Of a stretch of DNA of 59,730 nt, positions 17,803 through 25,854 are shown in pieces. How positions within the stretch are numbered: the stretch's first letter is position 1; the number at the start of each line of letters is the position of its first letter. The stretch is from a virus (lineage: Duplodnaviria; Caudoviricetes), in the IMG/VR virus record IMGVR_UViG_3300024520_000076, positions 1-59,730 of that record, one strand, 5' to 3'. The notes beneath the pieces were generated by a model that worked only from the letters and a program-made list of their open reading frames with translations, searched no databases and was not told the DNA's origin. Both the position numbers and the translations under genes were made by a program.

Positions 17803-19182
17803 TTAAGCAGCAGGTGCGCTTGAATCCCTCTTAAAGAGGATAACAAACCCGAAGTCAGTCTTGATCGGCTTGGAAGCAGAAGAAAGAATTCCACGGAAGT
17901 ATCCAATAGTTCCATCTGGGTTATTCGTAGCATCTGGAATGTTGGTCCACTTGAAGTCACCCTTGTAGTTAACAGGGTCAAAGCTAATACCGCCACTTGC
18001 ACCACTAAGAGGTGAAGGGATAAGAGCTTCATAAACTTCTGGGTGGATTACATAAGCGGCCTCATATCCAGCAGTATCATAATCACCGTTCATGGAAACG
18101 ATCCCAGCAGCAACATTATATGGAGGTACTGCGGTAGGAATACCACTAGAGTCAATAGTGAAGCGAGGAGCCATATCATCAACCAAGTGGTAGAAACCAC
18201 GGAAGGACTTTTCAACTCCAAGAGGAGCGATCAAGTCACTGACAGCAGCATTGTTGTAACGAACGTCATCACGGAAACCTGCCTCAGTCTGAAGCTGGTA
18301 AGAAGCCTCAGAAGAAAGAACAATCCCGAAAATCGGACGGCCATTCTCACGACCATAAGCATTGTTTCCTCCTCCTTTACGTACAAGATTAAAATAAATC
18401 TTATCCAGTATTGCGTTGGAGACATTAGCCATGTTGGTAGCAACATTAGCAACTGTCGAAGACGAATTCTCGACGTTAGTTGTGTCATCTGTTGTAGATC
18501 CAACAATGTACATTCCCTCGAACGTATTATCTACAGTTGTGTTATCCGCATTTGTGCTATCAACAAGTGTCTTAATTGTAGAACCTGCTGTCTCGCAAAT
18601 AACAAGATTAGCGGCAAGTCTTTCAAATTCATCACGGTAACGTGTTTCCCAAGTATGCTTGGCTGATCTTGAAAGAAGATCAATTATAGACCTGAGCTGC
18701 TCTGATCTATGAGCAGCGAAACGTAAGTCCTCAAGGGAAACACGAGGCGACTCAATTGAGAGCTTCTTTAAAGAATACTGCTTCAACTGCCTACTTACAG
18801 AAGCGTAAGAGGTGTGGTTAATAGGAGTATTCTCCTGATTCATTGCATAATCAACAAGGTCTTCCTGACCTTGCCTTTTGGATGTACCAAAAGTGGTTGT
18901 CCCACGATCATCCAGCGCAATAGATTTCCAACTAGCTGCGTCAATTAATGCAGCTCCATCCGCAGCCTTAGTGGGAAGTGCTCTGTCGTAAATCAACGTA
19001 GTGAGATTATATCCCATCTGATCAGGAAAAGTTGTTTTCTTTACCAGATCAATCCACGGTGACGTGTGTAATAAGTTTTTATGAATATCAGAACCAATTC
19101 GGTTAGCTTCTTCGGCAAGAACCGTGTTTAAAGCGTTTGCTGAACTGGGACTGAAGGAATTTGCGATTGCTCCATCGGCCAT
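17803..19182 (-). CDS. Major capsid protein
   Basis: 459 aa downstream of portal and scaffold, with its own promoter, long leader and terminator. Confidence 0.8.
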   Translation of the reverse strand: MADGAIANSFSPSSANALNTVLAEEANRIGSDIHKNLLHTSPWIDLVKKTTFPDQMGYNLTTLIYDRALPTKAADGAALIDAASWKSIALDDRGTTTFGTSKRQGQEDLVDYAMNQENTPINHTSYASVSRQLKQYSLKKLSIESPRVSLEDLRFAAHRSEQLRSIIDLLSRSAKHTWETRYRDEFERLAANLVICETAGSTIKTLVDSTNADNTTVDNTFEGMYIVGSTTDDTTNVENSSSTVANVATNMANVSNAILDKIYFNLVRKGGGNNAYGRENGRPIFGIVLSSEASYQLQTEAGFRDDVRYNNAAVSDLIAPLGVEKSFRGFYHLVDDMAPRFTIDSSGIPTAVPPYNVAAGIVSMNGDYDTAGYEAAYVIHPEVYEALIPSPLSGASGGISFDPVNYKGDFKWTNIPDATNNPDGTIGYFRGILSSASKPIKTDFGFVILFKRDSSAPAA

Positions 19183-19282
19183 TTTATTTATTTTCTATTT
19201 GTTTGTTAATTAAGTACAGACCGCTCCCCTTTATGGGCGTAAAGCGGCCTAGTTATAAAATAAGTCTGCGAGTCCTGCGAAT

Positions 19283-19385
19283 TAGAACTAGTTTATGGCG
19301 AGAGCAGCCAAAGCAGGAATCAAGGTAAATGGAACACAGCCCATTGTTTAGGATTTACTAGAACTATTTAGGGCTAGAGCAACCA
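19283..19385 (-). repeat. Two copies of a 27-28 nt motif in the capsid 5' leader
   Basis: TAGAACTAGTTTATGGCGAGAGCAGCCA (19283-19310) and TAGAACTATTTAGGGCTAGAGCAACCA (19359-19385). Confidence 0.8.
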
Positions 19386-19405
19386 CGCAATCCTATAACG
19401 TCTGA

Positions 19406-19434
19406 AATATAATACTAATAATTTAGATATGCAA
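19406..19434 (-). promoter_or_regulatory. Putative capsid promoter
   Basis: TTGCAT-N17-TATATT, implying a ~220-nt leader. Confidence 0.55.
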
Positions 19435-19442
19435 CAGGGTAT

Positions 19443-19748
19443 TTAGCGAGATGGTTTAAACCCCGCTCGCACCATAGCGGCCCTTTTTGCGCCCGCATCT
19501 TGCCCTTTAAACCCATCGTACTTAGATTGCTCTTTCTTGCGCTTATCCTCTTTTTTGAGCTGATACGTTTTTTCCTCTCTCTTGGTTGGGGATGCATCAA
19601 GAGCATAATTCCGATTATCCTCTATCATCTCCCTAGCAACCTGAGACGTACCAACAGAAACTTTATCATCGGGAGCTGTACGGCGGGCTTTGCGCCTTTT
19701 TACTTGTGAGCTTGCTTTGCGTAGCGCTTGTTGCTTTGGACTAGGCAT
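19443..19748 (-). CDS. Small basic protein
   Basis: 101 aa, K/R-rich. Confidence 0.6.
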   Translation of the reverse strand: MPSPKQQALRKASSQVKRRKARRTAPDDKVSVGTSQVAREMIEDNRNYALDASPTKREEKTYQLKKEDKRKKEQSKYDGFKGQDAGAKRAAMVRAGFKPSR

Positions 19749-19753
19749 ATCTA

Positions 19754-19945
19754 TTAAGGAGTCTCAGTTATATCTAAACCAATACAGAACTTAGGTGGGA
19801 GTGGTGTAGCCTGAATGTCTAAACTGACACTCGCAGAAGGGTTAGTGAATGGTATAGGAAGGCTGGCTCCTGTGTTAAGCGACTCACAGGAAACCCCACA
19901 AGCTAAAATTGATACGGCTCCAAGTATAATAAAGAATTTCTTCAT
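19754..19945 (-). CDS. Small predicted lipoprotein
   Basis: MKKFFIILGAVSILACGVSC signal/lipobox. Likely start is 19945, not 20131. Confidence 0.6.
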   Translation of the reverse strand: MKKFFIILGAVSILACGVSCESLNTGASLPIPFTNPSASVSLDIQATPLPPKFCIGLDITETP

Positions 19946-19979
19946 AAAGGAAATAAACACCACTTGTAAGTAATTGCAA

Positions 19980-20336
19980 CTAAACACCCCACAGCACACG
20001 AATTCGTACCATCTCGGACTTAAACCAAGCATAAACCTGTCCTGCCGCGTCACGGTAGGATAAATTAAGCGAAACGCGCTGATTAAAACTTGTGCCTTGT
20101 AATGGTTGGAAAGGGCGAAACCAGTCAGCATTTGGATCTCCTTCTTGTTTTACCTCAAGAATATACCAGATAGGTCGATCCCACGTAGAGTCAGATAAGA
20201 AACTGACCTCGATCACGCCCATCGCGGGGAAATGAGCAATACTTAGTTCGGGTACTGGTGGCGTTGTGCCCCAGTGACCATCTGATTTTAGTGTTACAGG
20301 GGTTAAACACAGTATGGCTATTATTAGCCTTAACAC
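19980..20336 (-). CDS. Predicted secreted beta-rich protein
   Basis: Signal-peptide-like LRLIIAILCLTPV followed by alternating beta pattern. Confidence 0.55.
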   Translation of the reverse strand: MLRLIIAILCLTPVTLKSDGHWGTTPPVPELSIAHFPAMGVIEVSFLSDSTWDRPIWYILEVKQEGDPNADWFRPFQPLQGTSFNQRVSLNLSYRDAAGQVYAWFKSEMVRIRVLWGV

Positions 20337-20337
20337 T

Positions 20338-20631
20338 TTAATCTCCCTTGCTGTGTCCGTTATAAAGTTTGGAGAGAACCTTAGCCATGTCGTTCTCCAA
20401 CATCCCGATTTTTAAGTTCTGTTTTACGTCATCGGGTAAAGAGCCGCTACCCCACTTGCCGGCGGGCCAATCACGGACAAAAACTGTGTGCTTCTCCACA
20501 TCCTTCGCCATCATCTGGATCTGGAAATTGTTGTGTTGTACATCTGACTGTAATTTGCTTGCCCACCATACAATACCACCCGCTTGTATTACTAAGCCTA
20601 CACCAATAGATATGAGGAACTTAGAGTCCAT
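20338..20631 (-). CDS. Single-TM coiled-coil protein
   Basis: FLISIGVGLVIQAGGIVWWAS then heptad-like region. Confidence 0.6.
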   Translation of the reverse strand: MDSKFLISIGVGLVIQAGGIVWWASKLQSDVQHNNFQIQMMAKDVEKHTVFVRDWPAGKWGSGSLPDDVKQNLKIGMLENDMAKVLSKLYNGHSKGD

Positions 20632-20632
20632 G

Positions 20633-21853
20633 CTAACCTCCTAAAGCAGCACTGATGGCCTCCTCAAAAGATAAATCCCCCGAAACAGTACTAGCAGAAT
20701 CAGAGGCGGGAGCCCCCGCCATAGTAGGCTCGGCTCCTTCGTACTCAGATAACTTAGACATAAGTACATCAGCTTCAGCGCGGGAAGACAAATACTCTCG
20801 GACAAGAGTAGGTAATAACTGAGCAGCTACAGAATTATAAGCAAAATCAACAGGGTGTACTGCCGAAGGATCTAGATCAGCCGCCTTTTCCTGTACCGAT
20901 GACATATCCAAACCCTCAACACCAGCTAAGAAAGGAAGCTTCTCCCCTACACGTTTAACTACATTACGAGTTATACTCTGACGTAACTCTGCCCTTTCAG
21001 CTAATTCAACTTGCTGCTTCTGCTCCTCCATATAATGAGCCTCTTTTAATGCAGCGTCAGCATTTTCATACAGGTTATTCCTACGCTCCATGATAGGATT
21101 TATATCTTCTATAATACGGTAAATAGAAGACTTGTCTCTGTCAGTAGCATCAGGGAGCAACTCCGCTAAAGCAGCATCCTGCCCTTCTGTGTCATCCAGC
21201 GCAATAGCATCTACCAAAGAATCATACTTAACATCGTACTTTTCAGCTATAACAGATGCCTTGTCCATTAAACGAGATAGCGGGTCCGATACCGCTTCTC
21301 TATACTGAGCCGTGTTCTCAAGATCATTAAACGATTTCTGTACTTCATACTCAGACAACTGATTCTTTAACGCATCAACATCGCGGCTCTCCGCAATAGC
21401 ACTAAGCTCCCCCATCTTAGACTCTTGCTCCCTAACAGTTTGCCTGAGAGTATCAAGTTCTGACTTATTGTCTTTTATCTCATCCTTTAGTTTCTTAAAC
21501 CTACTCGCCGCTTTAGGTGTCCAATCATCCCCAATGTCCTCAGATAAATCTTCTATGGGCTCCCCAACATTTAATTTTTCTTTTTCCTCCGTAGCCTCTT
21601 CCGTCTTCGCTTCAGTAGCCTCTTCCGTAGCCTCTTCCGTCTTCGCTTCAGTAGACTCTTCCGTCTTCGCTTCAGCGGGTTCCTCTACATGCACACCATC
21701 GAGAGGAGACTCAGTAATATTACTGAGTGCTTGGTCTAACGCATCAATAAAACTATCTTGCGATGTCTCTTGTGGTAATTCACTTACTGGGTCAGTTGCT
21801 TCCGCTTCAGCAGCGGGTGCTTCTAATGTTGCGGTGTCTGTATGTGCGTCCAT
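20633..21853 (-). CDS. Putative capsid scaffolding protein
   Basis: 406 aa, acidic and coiled-coil, with EAKTEE repeats, between portal and capsid genes. Confidence 0.7.
   Translation of the reverse strand: MDAHTDTATLEAPAAEAEATDPVSELPQETSQDSFIDALDQALSNITESPLDGVHVEEPAEAKTEESTEAKTEEATEEATEAKTEEATEEKEKLNVGEPIEDLSEDIGDDWTPKAASRFKKLKDEIKDNKSELDTLRQTVREQESKMGELSAIAESRDVDALKNQLSEYEVQKSFNDLENTAQYREAVSDPLSRLMDKASVIAEKYDVKYDSLVDAIALDDTEGQDAALAELLPDATDRDKSSIYRIIEDINPIMERRNNLYENADAALKEAHYMEEQKQQVELAERAELRQSITRNVVKRVGEKLPFLAGVEGLDMSSVQEKAADLDPSAVHPVDFAYNSVAAQLLPTLVREYLSSRAEADVLMSKLSEYEGAEPTMAGAPASDSASTVSGDLSFEEAISAALGG
21586..21675 (-). repeat. Imperfect coding tandem repeats (EAKTEEAT)
   Basis: CTCTTCCGTCTTCGCTTCAG occurs three times. 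Confidence 0.85.
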
Positions 21854-22128
21854 TCTTCAGGTGTTACGGTTGGTTTGTTCCCTTGTGTTTTTGTTAGTTT
21901 ATGTAAATCACTGAAAGCATCACGATATCCAGCGTACCATGCATGACGGTGGCTGTTAGTTCCTGCATCTCCCGCGATGTCTCCGTAGGAGGGTCCAGCG
22001 GTGTCTTTAAGGATCGCAACCGCCGTCTGGAAAGCCTCAGAACCCAAGACAGTTCGCAGTTCCTCAATTTTTTTGACATCTTTAAACCACCTATCTATCG
22101 GAATAGGTAAAACAACATTTTTTGGCAT
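21823..22128 (-). CDS. Small protein following portal
   Basis: 101 aa, AWYAGYRDAFSDL helix, between portal and scaffold. Confidence 0.6.
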   Translation of the reverse strand: MPKNVVLPIPIDRWFKDVKKIEELRTVLGSEAFQTAVAILKDTAGPSYGDIAGDAGTNSHRHAWYAGYRDAFSDLHKLTKTQGNKPTVTPEEWTHIQTPQH

Positions 22129-22134
22129 TCTTTA

Positions 22135-24369
22135 TTATAATTCTTGGATCTCCATTGCGGTCTTTGCATCCCGTAACGATTGCTCCTGCTCAAACTTGGC
22201 TTGTTTGATTTGCATGTCAAGCTCAGCTTTTTGTTGTGCTATCTGCATTTTCATCTGGTGCTCCTGCATTTTAGCTTCCGCAGCAGGGTCAGGCCCTTCT
22301 TCAGTAGCCATATCTCCTTCAGCCGCACCCGCCTCCGTAGATTCACGCTGTAGTTTTTGAATATGCTTAGATGTGTTATTTATCATCTCTTCCGCATACT
22401 GTAACGCCTGTTTAGCTTGCCCGACTAACCCTTCCTGTAAAGGATCTCCCACAAGCTGCTCAGTAGTTGCCGCAATATGCTCATAAAATGCCTGTAGCGC
22501 AGGTAAAACAGCCGTAGGATCTGCTTGCCCAGCATCTAGCTGCTCAATAAGACCCATCAAGGCAGGAATGTGCTCCGCAAGATGCACTGCATGTAGCTCA
22601 GTCGTGACTACAGGAACTGGATTGCCCGCAGATAATTGTTGGTTTTCTAAGAACGCTATCTTTCCGTCTATCGTTGGCCTCGCTCCCTCGGCCACAGGGG
22701 CATACCTGTCAGCTAAATCATGACCCACACGAGTGGAAACTATGTCACGGGTAAGGTTCTTGCGCCCTACATCATCAAATGATCCCGCTATGCCTTGTAG
22801 CTCCCGTAACGCAACCAACCTGTTAGCATAAGATCCATTTCCAATAGACCTAACCGCTTTAGTCCTAGCTGTATCAAGACTCTTGATAAATGATTCCTGT
22901 ACCCCGCGCTCTGCACAACGACTATAAAATTCTTTCAACTCAGGATTGCCCTTCTTGCCCGACACAATCCTTCGGACTATTTCTTTAAGAAGCCTACCCC
23001 ATGATACATAGAACAGGTTTAAGGATGCACCAGATAAGCGGGTGCTAACATCTATGTCAGCTACCACCTGCATCTGATTCCTGTAAGGTGAACTCTGTTG
23101 AGGCCCGTATGTACTAACAGTATCAGTATTCTGAGCTAACTGGTTTGTAATATCCTCAAGAGCAGGTTGTACCCCAGTGCTCAAGTTAGGTGCAGCTTTT
23201 GTAATGATATTTACGTTGGGGGATAGGACAGCGTATGCTCCATAATAAGTGAACCCTAATTCATCTAGCGCCCTCTGGTTCTCTGGCTGAATCATAACCG
23301 CTGATCCTAACATCGCACCATCAATCATCTGGCAACGTAATCGGTTGCTCGTCTGAACGTGGTTAAAGATGCGATGCCCCAACCCGCGTATCGAATGGTA
23401 TGTGCCATTTGAACCCACACCATATGCGAACATCACGTACGCATGTTCTGGTTTTTCGTAACGGGAAATTTTTTCGTATAAGAATTTTTTAGGTTCCATC
23501 TCAGCGGAGATGTAATGAGATATACTTCCATCCAATTCCCTAACCCAAAAATGTAACACGGATATTGTAGGATTTTGATGCCCTCCATATATATCGTTGT
23601 TCTTCATCTCGGCTTGTAATGACTCCCAATCAGAATAATTATTTTTGGAGCTGCTCCTACCATCAGTAGTTACATTTTTAAGTAGCACTCTTTTTACCTC
23701 GTCCACATTCCATCCAACCTTTGCTGCCGCTTCAGGATTTTTGATAAAATTAAATAGCTCGTGCATGTGGTACTGCCTCCTACCAACAGCTACATCAATA
23801 GCCGCCTCAGAAGCAGGAGTCTGCCTCGGAATTAAAATATCAGCAAAACTCCCTACCCGAAATTTCCAGTCGTCTGGTGTATCAAAGTAGGTGATCCCTG
23901 TACCATGTTTTATGAACGTCGTACAAAGGCGCAAGTAGTGGGAATGGAATTCAGGCCAACTGCGTAGTAAATGAGTTATCTCTTCAGATACAATATCTTC
24001 CTGCTGGGTGATCTCACTGGGCTCTCCCTCCGTGCCCTTTACCTCCACTAGCTTTTCTAGTGAAGAGTAAAGGTCTACGTAGGCGGATAGCGAAATATCC
24101 AATAGCCGTTGAGCTTCACCAAAATTCAAATTAGTTTTAAGTCCCTGCCCACTTACGTTAAGCTGTGCTTGGTTGTATGGACTCGCCCCATCAAACATCG
24201 CATCCACCCTAGCTCGATTCACGGACGACTGCTCATCAGCTTTGCGAAGAGCTTGAAATAGACTCAGGGCGCTCTTTACATCTTTAATACGGCTTTTTAA
24301 AGGCTTACCTTTTTCGTCAAAAGTAGATAGTCCATCGAGTTCGTTCAGGGCATATGGGTCATGAGACAT
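22135..24369 (-). CDS. Portal protein
   Basis: 744 aa, helical, Q/E-rich C-terminal coiled-coil barrel, first gene of the head module. Confidence 0.8.
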   Translation of the reverse strand: MSHDPYALNELDGLSTFDEKGKPLKSRIKDVKSALSLFQALRKADEQSSVNRARVDAMFDGASPYNQAQLNVSGQGLKTNLNFGEAQRLLDISLSAYVDLYSSLEKLVEVKGTEGEPSEITQQEDIVSEEITHLLRSWPEFHSHYLRLCTTFIKHGTGITYFDTPDDWKFRVGSFADILIPRQTPASEAAIDVAVGRRQYHMHELFNFIKNPEAAAKVGWNVDEVKRVLLKNVTTDGRSSSKNNYSDWESLQAEMKNNDIYGGHQNPTISVLHFWVRELDGSISHYISAEMEPKKFLYEKISRYEKPEHAYVMFAYGVGSNGTYHSIRGLGHRIFNHVQTSNRLRCQMIDGAMLGSAVMIQPENQRALDELGFTYYGAYAVLSPNVNIITKAAPNLSTGVQPALEDITNQLAQNTDTVSTYGPQQSSPYRNQMQVVADIDVSTRLSGASLNLFYVSWGRLLKEIVRRIVSGKKGNPELKEFYSRCAERGVQESFIKSLDTARTKAVRSIGNGSYANRLVALRELQGIAGSFDDVGRKNLTRDIVSTRVGHDLADRYAPVAEGARPTIDGKIAFLENQQLSAGNPVPVVTTELHAVHLAEHIPALMGLIEQLDAGQADPTAVLPALQAFYEHIAATTEQLVGDPLQEGLVGQAKQALQYAEEMINNTSKHIQKLQRESTEAGAAEGDMATEEGPDPAAEAKMQEHQMKMQIAQQKAELDMQIKQAKFEQEQSLRDAKTAMEIQEL

Positions 24370-24378
24370 TAATATATA

Positions 24379-24406
24379 AATTTAAGTCTTTTTCACTCAT
24401 CATCAA
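24379..24406 (-). promoter_or_regulatory. Putative portal promoter
   Basis: TTGATG-N16-TAAATT-N9-ATG(24369). Confidence 0.45.
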
Positions 24407-24893
24407 GAGGGAATGTCTTAGTACTGCCCCAAGCGGAATGAACCACTTTTTCAACCTGAACATTGCGCCTCGTGCCTTCGTAGTCGTATAACAAAACGTA
24501 AGGCTTTTTATTAGATTTGGATACGGACTCTTTAAGCAAATACCGTTTTCCCGCGTATTGTCCTCGGCGGGGAGGGTCCATGCAATAGATTGCCCCGTGC
24601 TGGGCCACAGCATAGCGAGGAAAGTCAGGGACGGTGATAGCCTTCAAGTGTACCTCGATATCCTCCCTAGTGAGCTCTGGGGGCTTTCTTTTGAAAATGG
24701 CTTCGGCTAATCGTTTGGTATCGACAATAACTTGGTTATTATAATTATTATATATTACAGAGTACCACCGACCACTCTTGAGCTGGGAAGAGACACGCTT
24801 GCCCTTCCTATATATAAATCCGTTAGTGTCTATTTCATACTTACTGAATTGCGGGATGGGGCGGCGCTCATTTGTTTCGAGGAGGGTGTGCAT
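24393..24893 (-). CDS. Tandem NUMOD4-like DNA-binding protein lacking an HNH domain
   Basis: Two units: RPIPQFSKYEIDTNGFIY...KRLAEAIF and ITVPDFPRYAVAQHGAIY...EKVVHSAW. Start 24893 fits the promoter. Confidence 0.6.
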   Translation of the reverse strand: MHTLLETNERRPIPQFSKYEIDTNGFIYRKGKRVSSQLKSGRWYSVIYNNYNNQVIVDTKRLAEAIFKRKPPELTREDIEVHLKAITVPDFPRYAVAQHGAIYCMDPPRRGQYAGKRYLLKESVSKSNKKPYVLLYDYEGTRRNVQVEKVVHSAWGSTKTFPLDDE

Positions 24894-24898
24894 ATCGG

Positions 24899-24926
24899 AG
24901 GTTAGCATAGAAAAGAATTGATTCAA
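24899..24926 (-). promoter_or_regulatory. Putative promoter, near-leaderless
   Basis: TTGAAT-N16-(TGC)TAACCT-N5-ATG(24893). Confidence 0.55.
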
Positions 24927-24953
24927 ATTAAATACATAAAGTTTTTATATATA

Positions 24954-24995
24954 CTCAATACAGTTTATAACCTTTACATTATAAATTGTATTGAG
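24954..24995. repeat. 17-bp AT-rich inverted repeat
   Basis: CTCAATACAGTTTATAA-N8-TTATAAATTGTATTGAG. Confidence 0.85.
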
Positions 24996-25142
24996 GTCTT
25001 AAAGAAAGTTTTCAATTTGTGTTTACACGTAAAACAGCTTGTTTTTATAATTACCATAAAAATGTATATACAATGGCATTACGCTCATTTTAATCTTGTT
25101 CAATTCTTTGTTAGCGCTCATTCCTGATTCTTGCGCTCTAAA

Positions 25143-25385
25143 TTATGAGCGGTTAGTCGTAAGCCCTTTTCGAGCCCTCCTCTTTGCCATAATACGCTCC
25201 TTATTTTTGGTGTAGTACTCTTCATTATAACTCCGCTGCTCTTTCGTCCACTTGGGGTTCTCAGCCCTCTTCCGATCCCTCATAGCTGCTATGCGGTCTT
25301 TATTCTTTTCGTAGTACTTACGCTGGTATTCGAGGCGTTTCTTCTTGTTATTCCTATAATATTCTTGCTTCTTTTCATCAGGCAT
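25143..25385 (-). CDS. Small basic protein with YYxxNK repeats
   Basis: EYYRNNK, KYYEKNK, EYYTKNK. Start MPDEKK at 25385. Confidence 0.65.
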   Translation of the reverse strand: MPDEKKQEYYRNNKKKRLEYQRKYYEKNKDRIAAMRDRKRAENPKWTKEQRSYNEEYYTKNKERIMAKRRARKGLTTNRS

Positions 25386-25390
25386 ACTGA

Positions 25391-25418
25391 ATCTTATAAG
25401 CGGGCCAAAAGAAGTCAA
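25391..25418 (-). promoter_or_regulatory. Putative promoter, near-leaderless
   Basis: TTGACT-N16-TAAGAT-N5-ATG(25385). Confidence 0.65.
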
Positions 25419-25606
25419 ATTTTTTCTTATAACCCCCTATATATACAGATCAACACGCACAAAAACTCGTACACACAGGGGTGGCGTACCCCACAGAAGA
25501 ACCAAATCCACACGACTCATGGCTCATTGTACCCTGCACCGTTTACACGCCTATGGAATCCTGATTCATGCTTCTTGCTTCACGTTACCAGCTCCCACAA
25601 AAAAGT

Positions 25607-25782
25607 CAGGCTTCGCATTGTTTTTCGAGCGCAAGCGGTTAATAAGTTTAATGTTTTATCATGCGGCGCTTCGCCTCGCTTTTTGCAAAAGCATCAGCGC
25701 ATCACCTTAGTTTACGTTTAAAGTGTAACCAATGTTAAATCAAAAGACAGACAGGCTTCGCATTGTTTTTCGAACGCAAGCG
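25607..25782 (+). repeat. 31-bp direct repeat, 145-bp period
   Basis: CAGGCTTCGCATTGTTTTTCGARCGCAAGCG at 25607-25637 and 25752-25782 (1 mismatch). Confidence 0.9.
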
Positions 25783-25854
25783 AGTATTAAGCTCAATGTG
25801 TTGCGAAAGCGATTACGTTTAATGAGCACTTATATCGCCCACGCTTTCGTCCAC

